In this document: positions 7,740 to 16,707 of the stretch, in pieces
How positions within the stretch are numbered: the stretch's first letter is position 1
Layout: every line of letters starts with the position of its first letter
From: an uncultured Saprospiraceae bacterium
GTDB lineage: Bacteria; Bacteroidota; Bacteroidia; Chitinophagales; Saprospiraceae
Reading direction: 5' to 3'
Assembly: GCA_938033975.1 (NCBI GenBank)
Contig: CALHKJ010000447.1
Span: forward strand, 1-35,244
DNA: 35,244 nt
Program-made: the position numbers and the translations under genes
Notes under the pieces: generated by a model
Seen by the model: only the letters and a program-made list of their open reading frames with translations
Told to the model about the DNA's origin: nothing
The model's database searches: none

Positions 7740-9263
7740 ATGTCAAACACAAGAGTAAGATTTGCGCCAAGTCCAACTGGACCATTGCATATTGGTGGAG
7801 TAAGAACTGCTTTGTATAATTACCTTCTAGCGAAAAAAACAGGTGGAACATTCATCTTAAGAATCGAAGATACAGATCAAAATAGGTATGTAGAAGGCGC
7901 AGAAGATTATATAAAAGAAGCACTTGAATGGTTTGGCATTCAACCTGATGAAGGACCTGGTTATGGAGGAGCACACGGACCTTACCGTCAATCCGAAAGA
8001 AAGGAGATGTATGCTCAGTATGTAAAAGAAATGGTTGATAGTGGTAATGCCTATTATGCCTTTGACACTGAAGAAGAACTTTCCAAAGTAAGAGAAGAAG
8101 AAAAAGAAAAAGGTAATCATTCCTTTAAATACAATTGGGAGGTAAGATCAAAAATGCGAAATAGCACTTCTCTACCAAAAGAAGAAACCGATCGCTTGCT
8201 TGCTGAAGGAAACAATATTACGGTGCGATTGAAAATTCCTCAAAATGAAACAATCACATTCACAGATATCGTAAGAGGCGAAGTTAGTTTTGAATCCAAT
8301 GAGTTGGATGATAAGGTAATCATGAAGGCAGACGGAATGCCAACCTATCATCTAGCCAATATCGTTGATGATCATTTGATGGAAATCAGTCACGTAATAA
8401 GAGGAGAAGAATGGTTGTCAAGCACAGCTCATCACGCATTAATGTATAGATTCATGGGTTGGACCGCTCCACAGTTTGCACATCTACCCCTTATCCTTAA
8501 TCCAACTGGCGGTGGGAAATTAAGTAAGCGTCATGGAGCTAAGTTTGGATTTCCAGTTTTTCCATTGCAATGGGATGGTGGTGAGGAAACCTTTCAAGGA
8601 TTTAGAGAAGATGGTTTTGATGCTGATGCTGTTGTCAATTTTCTTGCATTGCTCGGATGGAATCCTGGCGATGATAAAGAGATGATGAGTAAGGAAGAAA
8701 TGATAGAACTTTTTTCTTTGGATAAAATTGTAAAATCTGGTGCTAAGTTTGATTTTGACAAAGCTAAGTGGTTCAATCAACAGTACATTATGAGTAAGTC
8801 AGAAGCAGACATTCTCACAACTTTAAAATCAAGTAAGGATGCTGAAAAAATAAGTCAATACGATGATACATTTATGCTTAAGGCCATTCAACTCATGAAA
8901 GAAAGGGTAAGCGTTTATCCAGACTTTATAAGCAACGGTCAATATCTTTTTAGCCTACCCGCTGAATACGATAACAAAACCTTAAAGAAAAAATACAAAG
9001 CAGAAAATCAAGTTCATTTTGACGCCATTCATGAATTGATCAGTTCGGATGAAGATTTTACTGCAGAAAGTCTAAGTGGCAAAATCAAAAGTTACATCAC
9101 AGACAACGAACTCAGTTTCGGTGCAATCTTCCCAATTTTGAGAATAGTATTGTCAGGCACCATGAAAGGACCAGATTTATTTGCAATGATGGAACTAATA
9201 GGCAAGGAAGATGTATTAATTAGATGGAAGGCAGGTTTTGCCCTCATTGAAAATATCGCATGA
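7740..9263 (+). CDS. gltX: Glutamate--tRNA ligase
   Basis: VRFAPSPTGPLHIGGVRTALYNYL (HIGH motif), IEDTD, HLANIVDDHLM..SHVIRGEEW and GGGKLSKRHG (KMSKS-type motif). The length of 507 aa fits. Confidence 0.95.
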   Translation: MSNTRVRFAPSPTGPLHIGGVRTALYNYLLAKKTGGTFILRIEDTDQNRYVEGAEDYIKEALEWFGIQPDEGPGYGGAHGPYRQSERKEMYAQYVKEMVDSGNAYYAFDTEEELSKVREEEKEKGNHSFKYNWEVRSKMRNSTSLPKEETDRLLAEGNNITVRLKIPQNETITFTDIVRGEVSFESNELDDKVIMKADGMPTYHLANIVDDHLMEISHVIRGEEWLSSTAHHALMYRFMGWTAPQFAHLPLILNPTGGGKLSKRHGAKFGFPVFPLQWDGGEETFQGFREDGFDADAVVNFLALLGWNPGDDKEMMSKEEMIELFSLDKIVKSGAKFDFDKAKWFNQQYIMSKSEADILTTLKSSKDAEKISQYDDTFMLKAIQLMKERVSVYPDFISNGQYLFSLPAEYDNKTLKKKYKAENQVHFDAIHELISSDEDFTAESLSGKIKSYITDNELSFGAIFPILRIVLSGTMKGPDLFAMMELIGKEDVLIRWKAGFALIENIA

Positions 9264-9445
9264 AAAAAAAAGGAAAGAATCCAGGCAAAGACAAACCAAA
9301 GGTTCATGAAGAACTAAAAGGTTTTAGCATCAACATTAATAAGTTTGGAGAGATGGAAAGTAGCATCCAAGTTGACAAACTGAATGAATTTCTGAATGAA
9401 AATGTTGAGGACAAAAAACTTACAAATTCCGGGGAAGAAGAATAG
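9260..9445 (+). CDS. Small charged hypothetical protein (61 aa), start overlapping the gltX stop
   Basis: There is an ATGA start/stop overlap at 9260-9263, followed by an A9 tract. The protein has a Lys-rich N-terminus and an acidic C-terminus. I recognise no family and it could be non-coding. Confidence 0.3.
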   Translation: MKKKGKNPGKDKPKVHEELKGFSININKFGEMESSIQVDKLNEFLNENVEDKKLTNSGEEE

Positions 9446-9544
9446 CATGTCTTCTAGAGACTAATCATAAGCCTCTAATCTCATTTTTACTTCGTTATAG
9501 CATTATTATCTTTAACTTTATTGCAGCTGACTAGATGCAGTAAT

Positions 9545-12500
9545 ATGTATGGAAACGTCCTAAGATCGCTTTTACTTTTGCTCATTCTCCCTTGTTTAGG
9601 CTTTGGGAGCAATTTGAGCGTACAAACTGACACGATTCCACCGGAAATTATTACCTTTCCTGAAGATCTTACAGTCCCATGTGGGGTCCCATACCAACAA
9701 CAGTTTGATTCGTGGCTTGAAAATCACGCGGGGCTAGCCGTGTCTGATGACGGCGATGTAAATTTATTCACCACCTTTTCTGGAATTATTGATGATGAAG
9801 TAATTTCTTCATCTGATACCTTGTGTGGTAACACAGCAATGGTGCCTATTGGTTTTTATGCAATTGATGATTGCCAAAATAGCAGTGACACTGTTTTTGC
9901 AAATTTTATTGTTCAAGATATATTCCAACCTATTATTACCCAAGAAGCACAAGACAAAACGATTCAGTGTGATGAAGCTGTAGTGGACAGTCTACAAACC
10001 TGGTTGGACAATATTGGTGGCGCTACTGCAAATGACGTTTGTGATAATGATGCGATCTGGGATAATTATATATGGAATGATAATTTAGGGAACTCAGGCT
10101 TTTCATTTATCGGAGACACAACAGACATTAAAATTATCCGAAGTTCATGTGACTGGTCCGTAGTTGTTTCCTTCTTTGTCCTTGATGAATGTGGTAATGC
10201 AAATATAACCACAAGTAGTTTTGCAATAATAGACACTATCGCCCCACAAATTTTCAATCTACTTACGGACACTATCATTGCATGCGTTGACACTATTCCA
10301 AATGTTGTACCTGATTTTATTGATGGATGCCAAGGACTCTTAGAAATCCAAACAGAAACAGAATCGACTCAGGGTGCTGATCCAAATGAATGCTCATTTT
10401 ATAACTACACAGTTACTAGTAGTTATATGGCGGAGGATATTTGTGGAAACCAAAATATGGTTCTACAACAAGTCCAAGTTGTCGATACTTTAGCACCAAT
10501 AATAGTTGCAAACCAAGAAATCAACATCAACTGTGAAGATGATCAGACAGAGATTAGTAACTATATAGATAACATAATTGATTGCAGTCCAGTTGAAATT
10601 ACTTTTATTGACAGTCTTCAAAATAGTTCTCCTTGTAGCAATACATTTAGAAGAAGTTGGACATTTTTGGATGTATGTGGTAATCAGACAATGTACAGAC
10701 AAATTGTAAATGTGATTGACCAAACCGGTCCACAAATAACTGATCCTATTCCATCTTTAGATCTTGAGTGCAGTCAGATAGTAAATTTTGATCAAACCAT
10801 ACTTTCCTTTGTTGAAAATCTTGAAAATCTAACAACAAGTGATAATTGTGGGGAGGGAAATATTTATATCAATGGTGGTGAAGATCCAAATGTTATAAAT
10901 TTTGATTTTCAATTTATACCTACTCAAACTTGCAATGGAAGCCCGGTGATCCAGCAGGAAAGTGTAGCAATCACATTAGAAGATGATTGTGGGAATTTCG
11001 AGCAAGCTACAAGCTCTATCACTATTGTGGATACCATCGCACCTGAAATTTTGAATTGTCAAGAAAGTCTAAATTTTGAATTGGAATTAGGAGAGTGTGA
11101 TTTAAAAATTCCATTAGCTCAATTTGATATTGGCAATCAATGTGATTCAACTACTGCTCATTTTTTGTTCAAAAGACAGATACAGCTAGATAGCTTTACA
11201 CCTGAAACAGGAAGTATTGTTTTTAATTGGGAGTTTTCTCCAGCAGAAACAGAATCCATTGTTGATGGTGCGAAAATCGAATTCACTAGTGAAGGAATTG
11301 TGAATAATAACTTGGGTTTAGATTTTATTATTACAAGCAGTGACGCAACTGAATTATTTAATTATTCAGAACCACTATCCCTTTGCGAAAGTCAGAATTT
11401 TAATTTTGATGTTCCGTTTGACCAAACTAAGAAATGGATTGAGGAAGGTAGCATCCAATTGACAGTTGATTATGAAATTCTTGAAACATTTGACTGCCCT
11501 GAAGAAGCAAGGCTTGGTTTCACTATAAGTATTCCATCCCTAGTAGATACCCCAAATAAATATAGCTATACGTTGGATGGAGGGCAAGAAACTGAATACT
11601 CGGTTGGGGATTCTATAACTATATCTTCAGGAATGCATAGAATAATTTACAGCGTTGAGGATTGTGGAGGAAATAAAACCAACTGTACACAAGAAATTGA
11701 AATCAGAGATTTAGAAACACCAGAATTGATTTGCCCTGATGGCTTCACATTAATAATTCCAGAAGATACATGTGCAGTAGAATTTAGAATAAATCCAGTT
11801 TTTCAATTTATAGAAAATTGCAGTAACAATAGTAATTTCTCTATTACCCTACCTGAAGAAAATGATAGATTTTTAAAATTCAGTGAACAAGAAAATGGAG
11901 TGATCATCGCAGATAATATTCAATTCCAATTTGAAGATATTAACCTTGATAATATAATTCTAAACCCCGTATTGATTGTAGAGTTATTAGCCAATACCAC
12001 AGTTGATAATGGTTTCTTTTCAATAAGAGATGAAAATGGAGAAACAATTGGCTCCACGCCTCAGTCTTTGGAATCTTGCATATCAACTCAATTAATCACT
12101 TTTGATCTAACAATTGATCAATTGGAAGAATGGAACTCCGATCAAATTATAGTTTTCAATTTTGTAAATACTAATATCACTCTTGGAGGATTGGCTCCTT
12201 GCAGTCCGGAAGACTTCAATGGTCAGACTGATATGTCAAGCTTTTTGACAGCAACTTTAGCATTTACAGAAATTGTTCCTAACATTGTGGTTACCAATGA
12301 GGAATCAGGTGATACAATTGAATCGGAAAACGGATTTGTAGCATTTGACACAGGCAATTATTTGGTAGAATTATCTAGTTCTGACAATTCTGGCAACATA
12401 GCTTCATGCTCATACTTTATAGAGGTTGAAGATAACACTCCACCAGAAATGATGTGTTCTAACGTAGACATTTTGATTGCAATCCAAGATCTTGAAGCAA

Positions 12501-15500
12501 TTAATCCTGATATAAATATTATTGATTTTGATGTAACAGATAATTGTGATTCTGTAAGTTTAGATCTCAACAGTCCGATGATTGATTGTACAGATATTGG
12601 ATCAGAACTCTTAGCTAGTCTAATAGCAACTGATGAAAACGGAAATGAAAATATTTGCGAATTTAACTTCACTCCTATTGGTATTGAACTTAAACCAAGT
12701 TTTAGCTCTTCGTTATGTGGTGGAGAATCATTAAGTCTATTAAACAACATTCCAGAAAATATAACAGTCAGTTATCAATGGTCAGGACCTTCAGGTTTTT
12801 CGTCAGAAGAAGCAAATCCTCAAATCGAAAATGTTAGTTCTGCCAACTCAGGAACATATTCACTTCAAGCAACTACAGAAGCAGGATGCAATTTTTTCGG
12901 AAATGTAGAAGTAACTATTGAAGCATTAAGCAATCCTGAAATTGTAAGTGACAATGATATTATTTGTGTAGGGGATGCTTTTGTTCTTAATTCAAATGCC
13001 TTTGATGATGTGGTCTATCTTTGGTATGAAGGTTTAGCGCCTAATGGAAATTTGGTTGGCATGAGTACCATATCAAGCATTGAACTAACGCCATCAATTG
13101 GAACTCATTTTTATTATAGTATTGTCGAAGGAAATGGTTGCCAGTCTGACCCTTCAAATTCTTATGCGATCGAGGTAATTGATTTTCCTATAGCTTTAGT
13201 TGAAGATAATTTTATCACTACCTGCGAGGGAGAGACCATCAGCTTAACCACTGCCAATACCAACCCATCTTTAGAATTTAGTTGGTCTGGTCCAGGAGAG
13301 TATGAAAGCAATGAAGCAAATCCAACAAGTATCAATAATATTGGAATAAATCAACAAGGAACTTATCAATTGGTAGTTTCAGATAGAGGATGTCTTTCTG
13401 ATCCTGCTTTGGTTGAAGTGGTCGTTTTCAATACACCAGACAAACCAATTTTAGTTGGAGACAATCTATTATGTGAGGGTTCCGACCTTAGTTTAACCGT
13501 CATGAATAATGTATCCTCTGATAAATATAATTGGTTTTTAAATGGGGAGACATATAGCACTACAAACACAAATAGTCTTATCATTCCAAATGCACAAGAT
13601 CAATTGGCCGGAAACTGGACAGTGATTATTGAAGATGATAATTGTACAAGTTTAGAATCTGAAATTTTCATAATTGATATAGAATCACAAATTACAATTG
13701 GAGCCAATAATAATGGACCTATCTGTGAGGGAGGTATGGTGACTTTGACTGCAAGCTTTATTCCAGAAGCGGATTATATTTGGACTACACCTAACAATTT
13801 GGAATTCTTTGGTAGAGTTGTAAGCGTACCTGCAGTCAATGGAGTTTATTCGGTAGAATTAACAACTTCAGCTGGTTGCCTTGGCGAAGCAAATACAATT
13901 GTAGAAATCATCCAAGTCCCTGAAGTAACTGCTCTTTCGAATAACTCTTCAGCTTGCATGAGCATTGGAGATCCAATTTCTTTTTTCCCATCCATATTTC
14001 CTCCTGGTGAATATCAATTCATCTGGACTGGTCCCAACAGTTTCATTTCAACTGAAGAAGAACTTACCATACCTTTTCAAGGAATAGCAAGTAATGGCAT
14101 ATATGGATTGCAAATACAAAATGATAATTGCGTTTCTGATATCATATTTACAGAAGTGAGCTCAACAATTATTCCTGACCAAGCTGTCATAACTCAAAAC
14201 GGTCCTTTATGCTTAGGAGCTTCGATTAATCTTATCGCCTCAAATGTCAGTGCAGATATCGACGAATACATTTGGGCCACTCCTATCGGCCAAATAATAA
14301 CAGCAGAACCCGCCTTGACAATTTCGCCTTCGAGCAATATTAATATCGGAGAATACAGTCTCACTGTGTCCACAAATGGCTGCATGAGTGAACCATCACA
14401 ATCCATCAATTTGATTTTGGAAGATGCTTTGGATCAACCAATCATCACAGGAAATAATATTTTATGTGCAGGCCAAGAACTTGTTTTAGAACCAAGCAAT
14501 CCCATCGCTGGACTTGACTATATATGGATTGGACCTGATGGAACAAATTATTCAAGTACAATATTGACCATAGAAAATTTTTCAGAAACTGATGCAGGTG
14601 CATATGTAGTTCAGTCCTCTATCAATTCGTGCGTTTCGGATTTTTCCGAACCTTTTGTAGTCACAATTATAAGCAGCCCAGAAGCACCTATATTAAGCAT
14701 GAACGAATTTACTTTCTGTGAAAACAATCTCACTGAAATTTCTTTACAGGATTTCATCAACACAGCCAATGTGGATTCCTATTTCTTGTATGACCCAACC
14801 GGTTTGCTAATAGCAGAAAGTGGCAATGGTGATTTTATCGATGTAAATCTAAGTGCTTACTCTGAAGGGAGTTACCAATTTTTTGTCACGCAAAGTATTG
14901 CTGATTGTGAATCTGATTTGACTGCACCGATTACAATCATAATAGAAAGTGCTAGCCAGGCAGCTAGTTTCGCTGAAACAGAACTCCTAATATGTGAACT
15001 TGGTGTTACAAGCATTGCTATTAATATACCAAATGGCATTGATACTGAGATCATAATTCAAGGTGACAATATGATCATTGAAAATATTTTAGATAATGAA
15101 ATTATTGTTAATGTTTTTGATGTAGGGAATAGTCAACTTATCGTAAATAGCTCAAATGATATTTGTGGTGAATTTGAAAGTGATATTCTCGATATCAATG
15201 TATTAGAAGATATTGATGCAATCAATGATGAGTTTACAATTCTTGGTGTAAACAGTACAATGATTTCAGTATTAGAAAACGATCAATACAATAGTAGCAT
15301 TGAGCTTGCTATTGAAAATCTAATTGGAGGTCCAGGACTATCTGTAGTTGGAGATATGATCCAAGTGACTACAAATAACCTAATCGGAACCTATAGTTTT
15401 AATTATACAATTTGTAGCATTGAATGCCCAGCCTTATGCGATGAAGCCATTGTTACTTTAAATATAGAAGGAGAAAATATTGGTTCCGATTGTACTCCAT

Positions 15501-15748
15501 TCAATTTGATGACTCCAAATGGGGATGGCGAGAATGATTTCTTCATTGTTCCTTGCACAGAATCTGGTGACAATGTAGAGGTGAAAATTTTTAATTCATT
15601 CGGAGCACTTATCTATGCAGAGGAAGACTATCAAAATGATTGGATGGGCACAAAAGATGGAGATGATGTACCTGTAGGTACATATTTTTATTACGTTAAA
15701 ATAAATGAAGATGCTCCAATGGCAGCTTTCTTAGTTGTAGAGCGATAA
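9545..15748 (+). CDS. Giant (2067 aa) T9SS-secreted adhesin-like surface protein: HYR-like modules, Ig-like two-Cys modules, a cadherin-like VxxND domain and a type B C-terminal sorting domain
   Basis: ATG 9545 gives MYGNVLRSLLLLLILPCLGFGS (signal peptide); the track start 9521 is a TTG. There are repeated D.CGN...V.D...P.I units and ten CxG...YxWxGP...GxY...C units. DAINDEFTILGVNSTMISVLENDQ is also present. The C-terminus TPNGDGENDFFIVPC...VKIFNSFGALIY...DWMGT...VPVGTYFYYVKI...FLVVER matches the gliding-motility-associated (type B) CTD. Confidence 0.9.
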   Translation: MYGNVLRSLLLLLILPCLGFGSNLSVQTDTIPPEIITFPEDLTVPCGVPYQQQFDSWLENHAGLAVSDDGDVNLFTTFSGIIDDEVISSSDTLCGNTAMVPIGFYAIDDCQNSSDTVFANFIVQDIFQPIITQEAQDKTIQCDEAVVDSLQTWLDNIGGATANDVCDNDAIWDNYIWNDNLGNSGFSFIGDTTDIKIIRSSCDWSVVVSFFVLDECGNANITTSSFAIIDTIAPQIFNLLTDTIIACVDTIPNVVPDFIDGCQGLLEIQTETESTQGADPNECSFYNYTVTSSYMAEDICGNQNMVLQQVQVVDTLAPIIVANQEININCEDDQTEISNYIDNIIDCSPVEITFIDSLQNSSPCSNTFRRSWTFLDVCGNQTMYRQIVNVIDQTGPQITDPIPSLDLECSQIVNFDQTILSFVENLENLTTSDNCGEGNIYINGGEDPNVINFDFQFIPTQTCNGSPVIQQESVAITLEDDCGNFEQATSSITIVDTIAPEILNCQESLNFELELGECDLKIPLAQFDIGNQCDSTTAHFLFKRQIQLDSFTPETGSIVFNWEFSPAETESIVDGAKIEFTSEGIVNNNLGLDFIITSSDATELFNYSEPLSLCESQNFNFDVPFDQTKKWIEEGSIQLTVDYEILETFDCPEEARLGFTISIPSLVDTPNKYSYTLDGGQETEYSVGDSITISSGMHRIIYSVEDCGGNKTNCTQEIEIRDLETPELICPDGFTLIIPEDTCAVEFRINPVFQFIENCSNNSNFSITLPEENDRFLKFSEQENGVIIADNIQFQFEDINLDNIILNPVLIVELLANTTVDNGFFSIRDENGETIGSTPQSLESCISTQLITFDLTIDQLEEWNSDQIIVFNFVNTNITLGGLAPCSPEDFNGQTDMSSFLTATLAFTEIVPNIVVTNEESGDTIESENGFVAFDTGNYLVELSSSDNSGNIASCSYFIEVEDNTPPEMMCSNVDILIAIQDLEAINPDINIIDFDVTDNCDSVSLDLNSPMIDCTDIGSELLASLIATDENGNENICEFNFTPIGIELKPSFSSSLCGGESLSLLNNIPENITVSYQWSGPSGFSSEEANPQIENVSSANSGTYSLQATTEAGCNFFGNVEVTIEALSNPEIVSDNDIICVGDAFVLNSNAFDDVVYLWYEGLAPNGNLVGMSTISSIELTPSIGTHFYYSIVEGNGCQSDPSNSYAIEVIDFPIALVEDNFITTCEGETISLTTANTNPSLEFSWSGPGEYESNEANPTSINNIGINQQGTYQLVVSDRGCLSDPALVEVVVFNTPDKPILVGDNLLCEGSDLSLTVMNNVSSDKYNWFLNGETYSTTNTNSLIIPNAQDQLAGNWTVIIEDDNCTSLESEIFIIDIESQITIGANNNGPICEGGMVTLTASFIPEADYIWTTPNNLEFFGRVVSVPAVNGVYSVELTTSAGCLGEANTIVEIIQVPEVTALSNNSSACMSIGDPISFFPSIFPPGEYQFIWTGPNSFISTEEELTIPFQGIASNGIYGLQIQNDNCVSDIIFTEVSSTIIPDQAVITQNGPLCLGASINLIASNVSADIDEYIWATPIGQIITAEPALTISPSSNINIGEYSLTVSTNGCMSEPSQSINLILEDALDQPIITGNNILCAGQELVLEPSNPIAGLDYIWIGPDGTNYSSTILTIENFSETDAGAYVVQSSINSCVSDFSEPFVVTIISSPEAPILSMNEFTFCENNLTEISLQDFINTANVDSYFLYDPTGLLIAESGNGDFIDVNLSAYSEGSYQFFVTQSIADCESDLTAPITIIIESASQAASFAETELLICELGVTSIAINIPNGIDTEIIIQGDNMIIENILDNEIIVNVFDVGNSQLIVNSSNDICGEFESDILDINVLEDIDAINDEFTILGVNSTMISVLENDQYNSSIELAIENLIGGPGLSVVGDMIQVTTNNLIGTYSFNYTICSIECPALCDEAIVTLNIEGENIGSDCTPFNLMTPNGDGENDFFIVPCTESGDNVEVKIFNSFGALIYAEEDYQNDWMGTKDGDDVPVGTYFYYVKINEDAPMAAFLVVER
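9626..12676 (+). repeat. Protein-level array of about 8 HYR-like modules inside the giant gene
   Basis: Module boundaries are marked by TIPPEI (aa 38), FQPII (135), TIAPQI (239), TLAPII (323), QTGPQI (401), TIAPEI (505), LETPEL (731) and NTPPEM (972). Each is preceded by D.CGN-type motifs (DECGN, DICGN, DVCGN, DDCGN, EDCGGN, SDNSGN). The first six modules are 80-105 aa. The last two are about 226 and 241 aa because of Cys-poor inserts. Residue numbers follow the track ORF starting at 9521. Confidence 0.6.
12716..15205 (+). repeat. Ten tandem Ig-like modules of about 84 aa (about 250 nt), each with two conserved Cys
   Basis: First-Cys positions are aa 1066, 1149, 1235, 1318, 1402, 1479, 1564, 1649, 1733 and 1825, giving spacings of 77-92 aa. 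Second Cys positions are 1123, 1207, 1291, 1375, 1453, 1537, 1621, 1704, 1796 and 1882. The recurring pattern is C.G..L.L....Y.W.GP.GF.S...NP.I.N.....G.Y.L.V....C.S. Confidence 0.7.
15488..15745 (+). other. Type B T9SS C-terminal sorting domain of the giant protein
   Basis: The last 86 aa or so are CTPFNLMTPNGDGENDFFIVPCTESGDNVEVKIFNSFGALIYAEEDYQNDWMGTKDGDDVPVGTYFYYVKINEDAPMAAFLVVER. This fits the consensus F.PNGDG.ND.F.I....N....IFNR.G..V......W.G......P.GTY.Y.......G...L.R. Confidence 0.8.
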
Positions 15749-15749
15749 T

Positions 15750-16706
15750 ATGAAAACGATTCTTACATATATATCATGTTTCATTTGTGCACTGAGCACC
15801 CAAGCTCAGCAAGATGTTTTATTTACACAATTTGCTTATGACAAATTGGGTTATAATCCTGCTTATGCTGGGACACATGACCATATTAGTTTGAATGCTA
15901 TTTATAGAAATCAATGGTTAGGGCTCGATGGTTCACCAAGCAGATTTGCAGCTAGCATCAATTTCCCAGGCTTGGATCAAAATCTTGGGCTTGGATTACA
16001 CTTTGACAAATCTAGCATATCGATTTTTGACAAAACAACTCTGCAAGGATCCTACTCTTATAAGATAGCCTTAAACAAAGGAAATTTAAGTTTGGGGATG
16101 TCAACTTCTTTGCGTCAATTTCGGGTAGATTGGACTGACAATAGATTGCGACCTCCAAGTGGATTTGCAAATGATGCTTCTGTTGATCAAGAAATTTATA
16201 CCAAACAAATATTCAATATTGGTTTTGGGGCTTACTTTAACAATGAAGATTATTTCTTTGGAGCAGCTATTCCGCGACTCAATAAAGCAATTATTGACTT
16301 TGATAGTGAATTAGACACCTTGCAAGCAACAGAGGCAAGACTTATATATTTGATGGGTGGTGGAAAATTTTCAGTGACACAAGATTGGGAATTAAGTCCT
16401 CAATTACTATTGACTTTTGCAGAAGCTTCACCTGTTCAGTTTGAGTTGAGCACCATTGCAATCCTTAGAAAGAAATACCATATTGGTCTCAATTATAGTT
16501 CTGGTGGTAGTGTTCTCAATCCTATTGAATCCCTTGATTTGATTTTAGGCTATCAACATGATAATCAGATATTTTTAGGTATGTCCTATGACAGGACTCT
16601 TTCAGAATTACGTCAAGTTTCAAGTGGATCTCTTGAATTTATTTTGAACTATAGATTTAACAGGGTACAGAATGCAGATATCATTATTAATCCAAGATAT
16701 TATTAA
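15750..16706 (+). CDS. Type IX secretion system membrane protein, PorP/SprF family (cognate partner of the upstream type B CTD cargo)
   Basis: Signal peptide, then QQDVLFTQFAYDKLGYNPAYAGT, the hallmark PorP/SprF N-terminus. It is 318 aa and rich in beta-strands. The ATG lies 1 nt after the giant gene stop. Confidence 0.9.
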   Translation: MKTILTYISCFICALSTQAQQDVLFTQFAYDKLGYNPAYAGTHDHISLNAIYRNQWLGLDGSPSRFAASINFPGLDQNLGLGLHFDKSSISIFDKTTLQGSYSYKIALNKGNLSLGMSTSLRQFRVDWTDNRLRPPSGFANDASVDQEIYTKQIFNIGFGAYFNNEDYFFGAAIPRLNKAIIDFDSELDTLQATEARLIYLMGGGKFSVTQDWELSPQLLLTFAEASPVQFELSTIAILRKKYHIGLNYSSGGSVLNPIESLDLILGYQHDNQIFLGMSYDRTLSELRQVSSGSLEFILNYRFNRVQNADIIINPRYY

Positions 16707-16707
16707 T

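Noticed and set aside
7857-9307. Minus-strand ORFs 7857..8120, 8520..8780, 8594..8776 and 9092..9307
   Set aside because: All are antisense to gltX. Their poly-Phe and Ser stretches mirror the Lys/Glu-rich gltX coding sequence.
9521-9544. TTG 9521 as the start of the giant gene
   Set aside because: ATG 9545 immediately precedes a canonical signal peptide (MYGNVLRSLLLLLILPCLGFGS), and the 8-aa TTG extension adds nothing recognisable.
10066-15054. Six minus-strand ORFs inside the giant gene (10066..10293, 10490..10735, 12358..12750, 13366..13584, 14194..14409, 14872..15054)
   Set aside because: All are antisense to a continuous 6.2-kb ORF with strong domain periodicity, and none has a motif or independent signals.
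16672-16707. ATG 16672 as the start of the PD40 protein
   Set aside because: It would overlap the PorP/SprF gene by 35 nt and place 12 non-signal residues before the hydrophobic core. TTG 16708 gives MKTLILF... directly. The call is not certain, and ATG usage cannot be excluded without N-terminal data.
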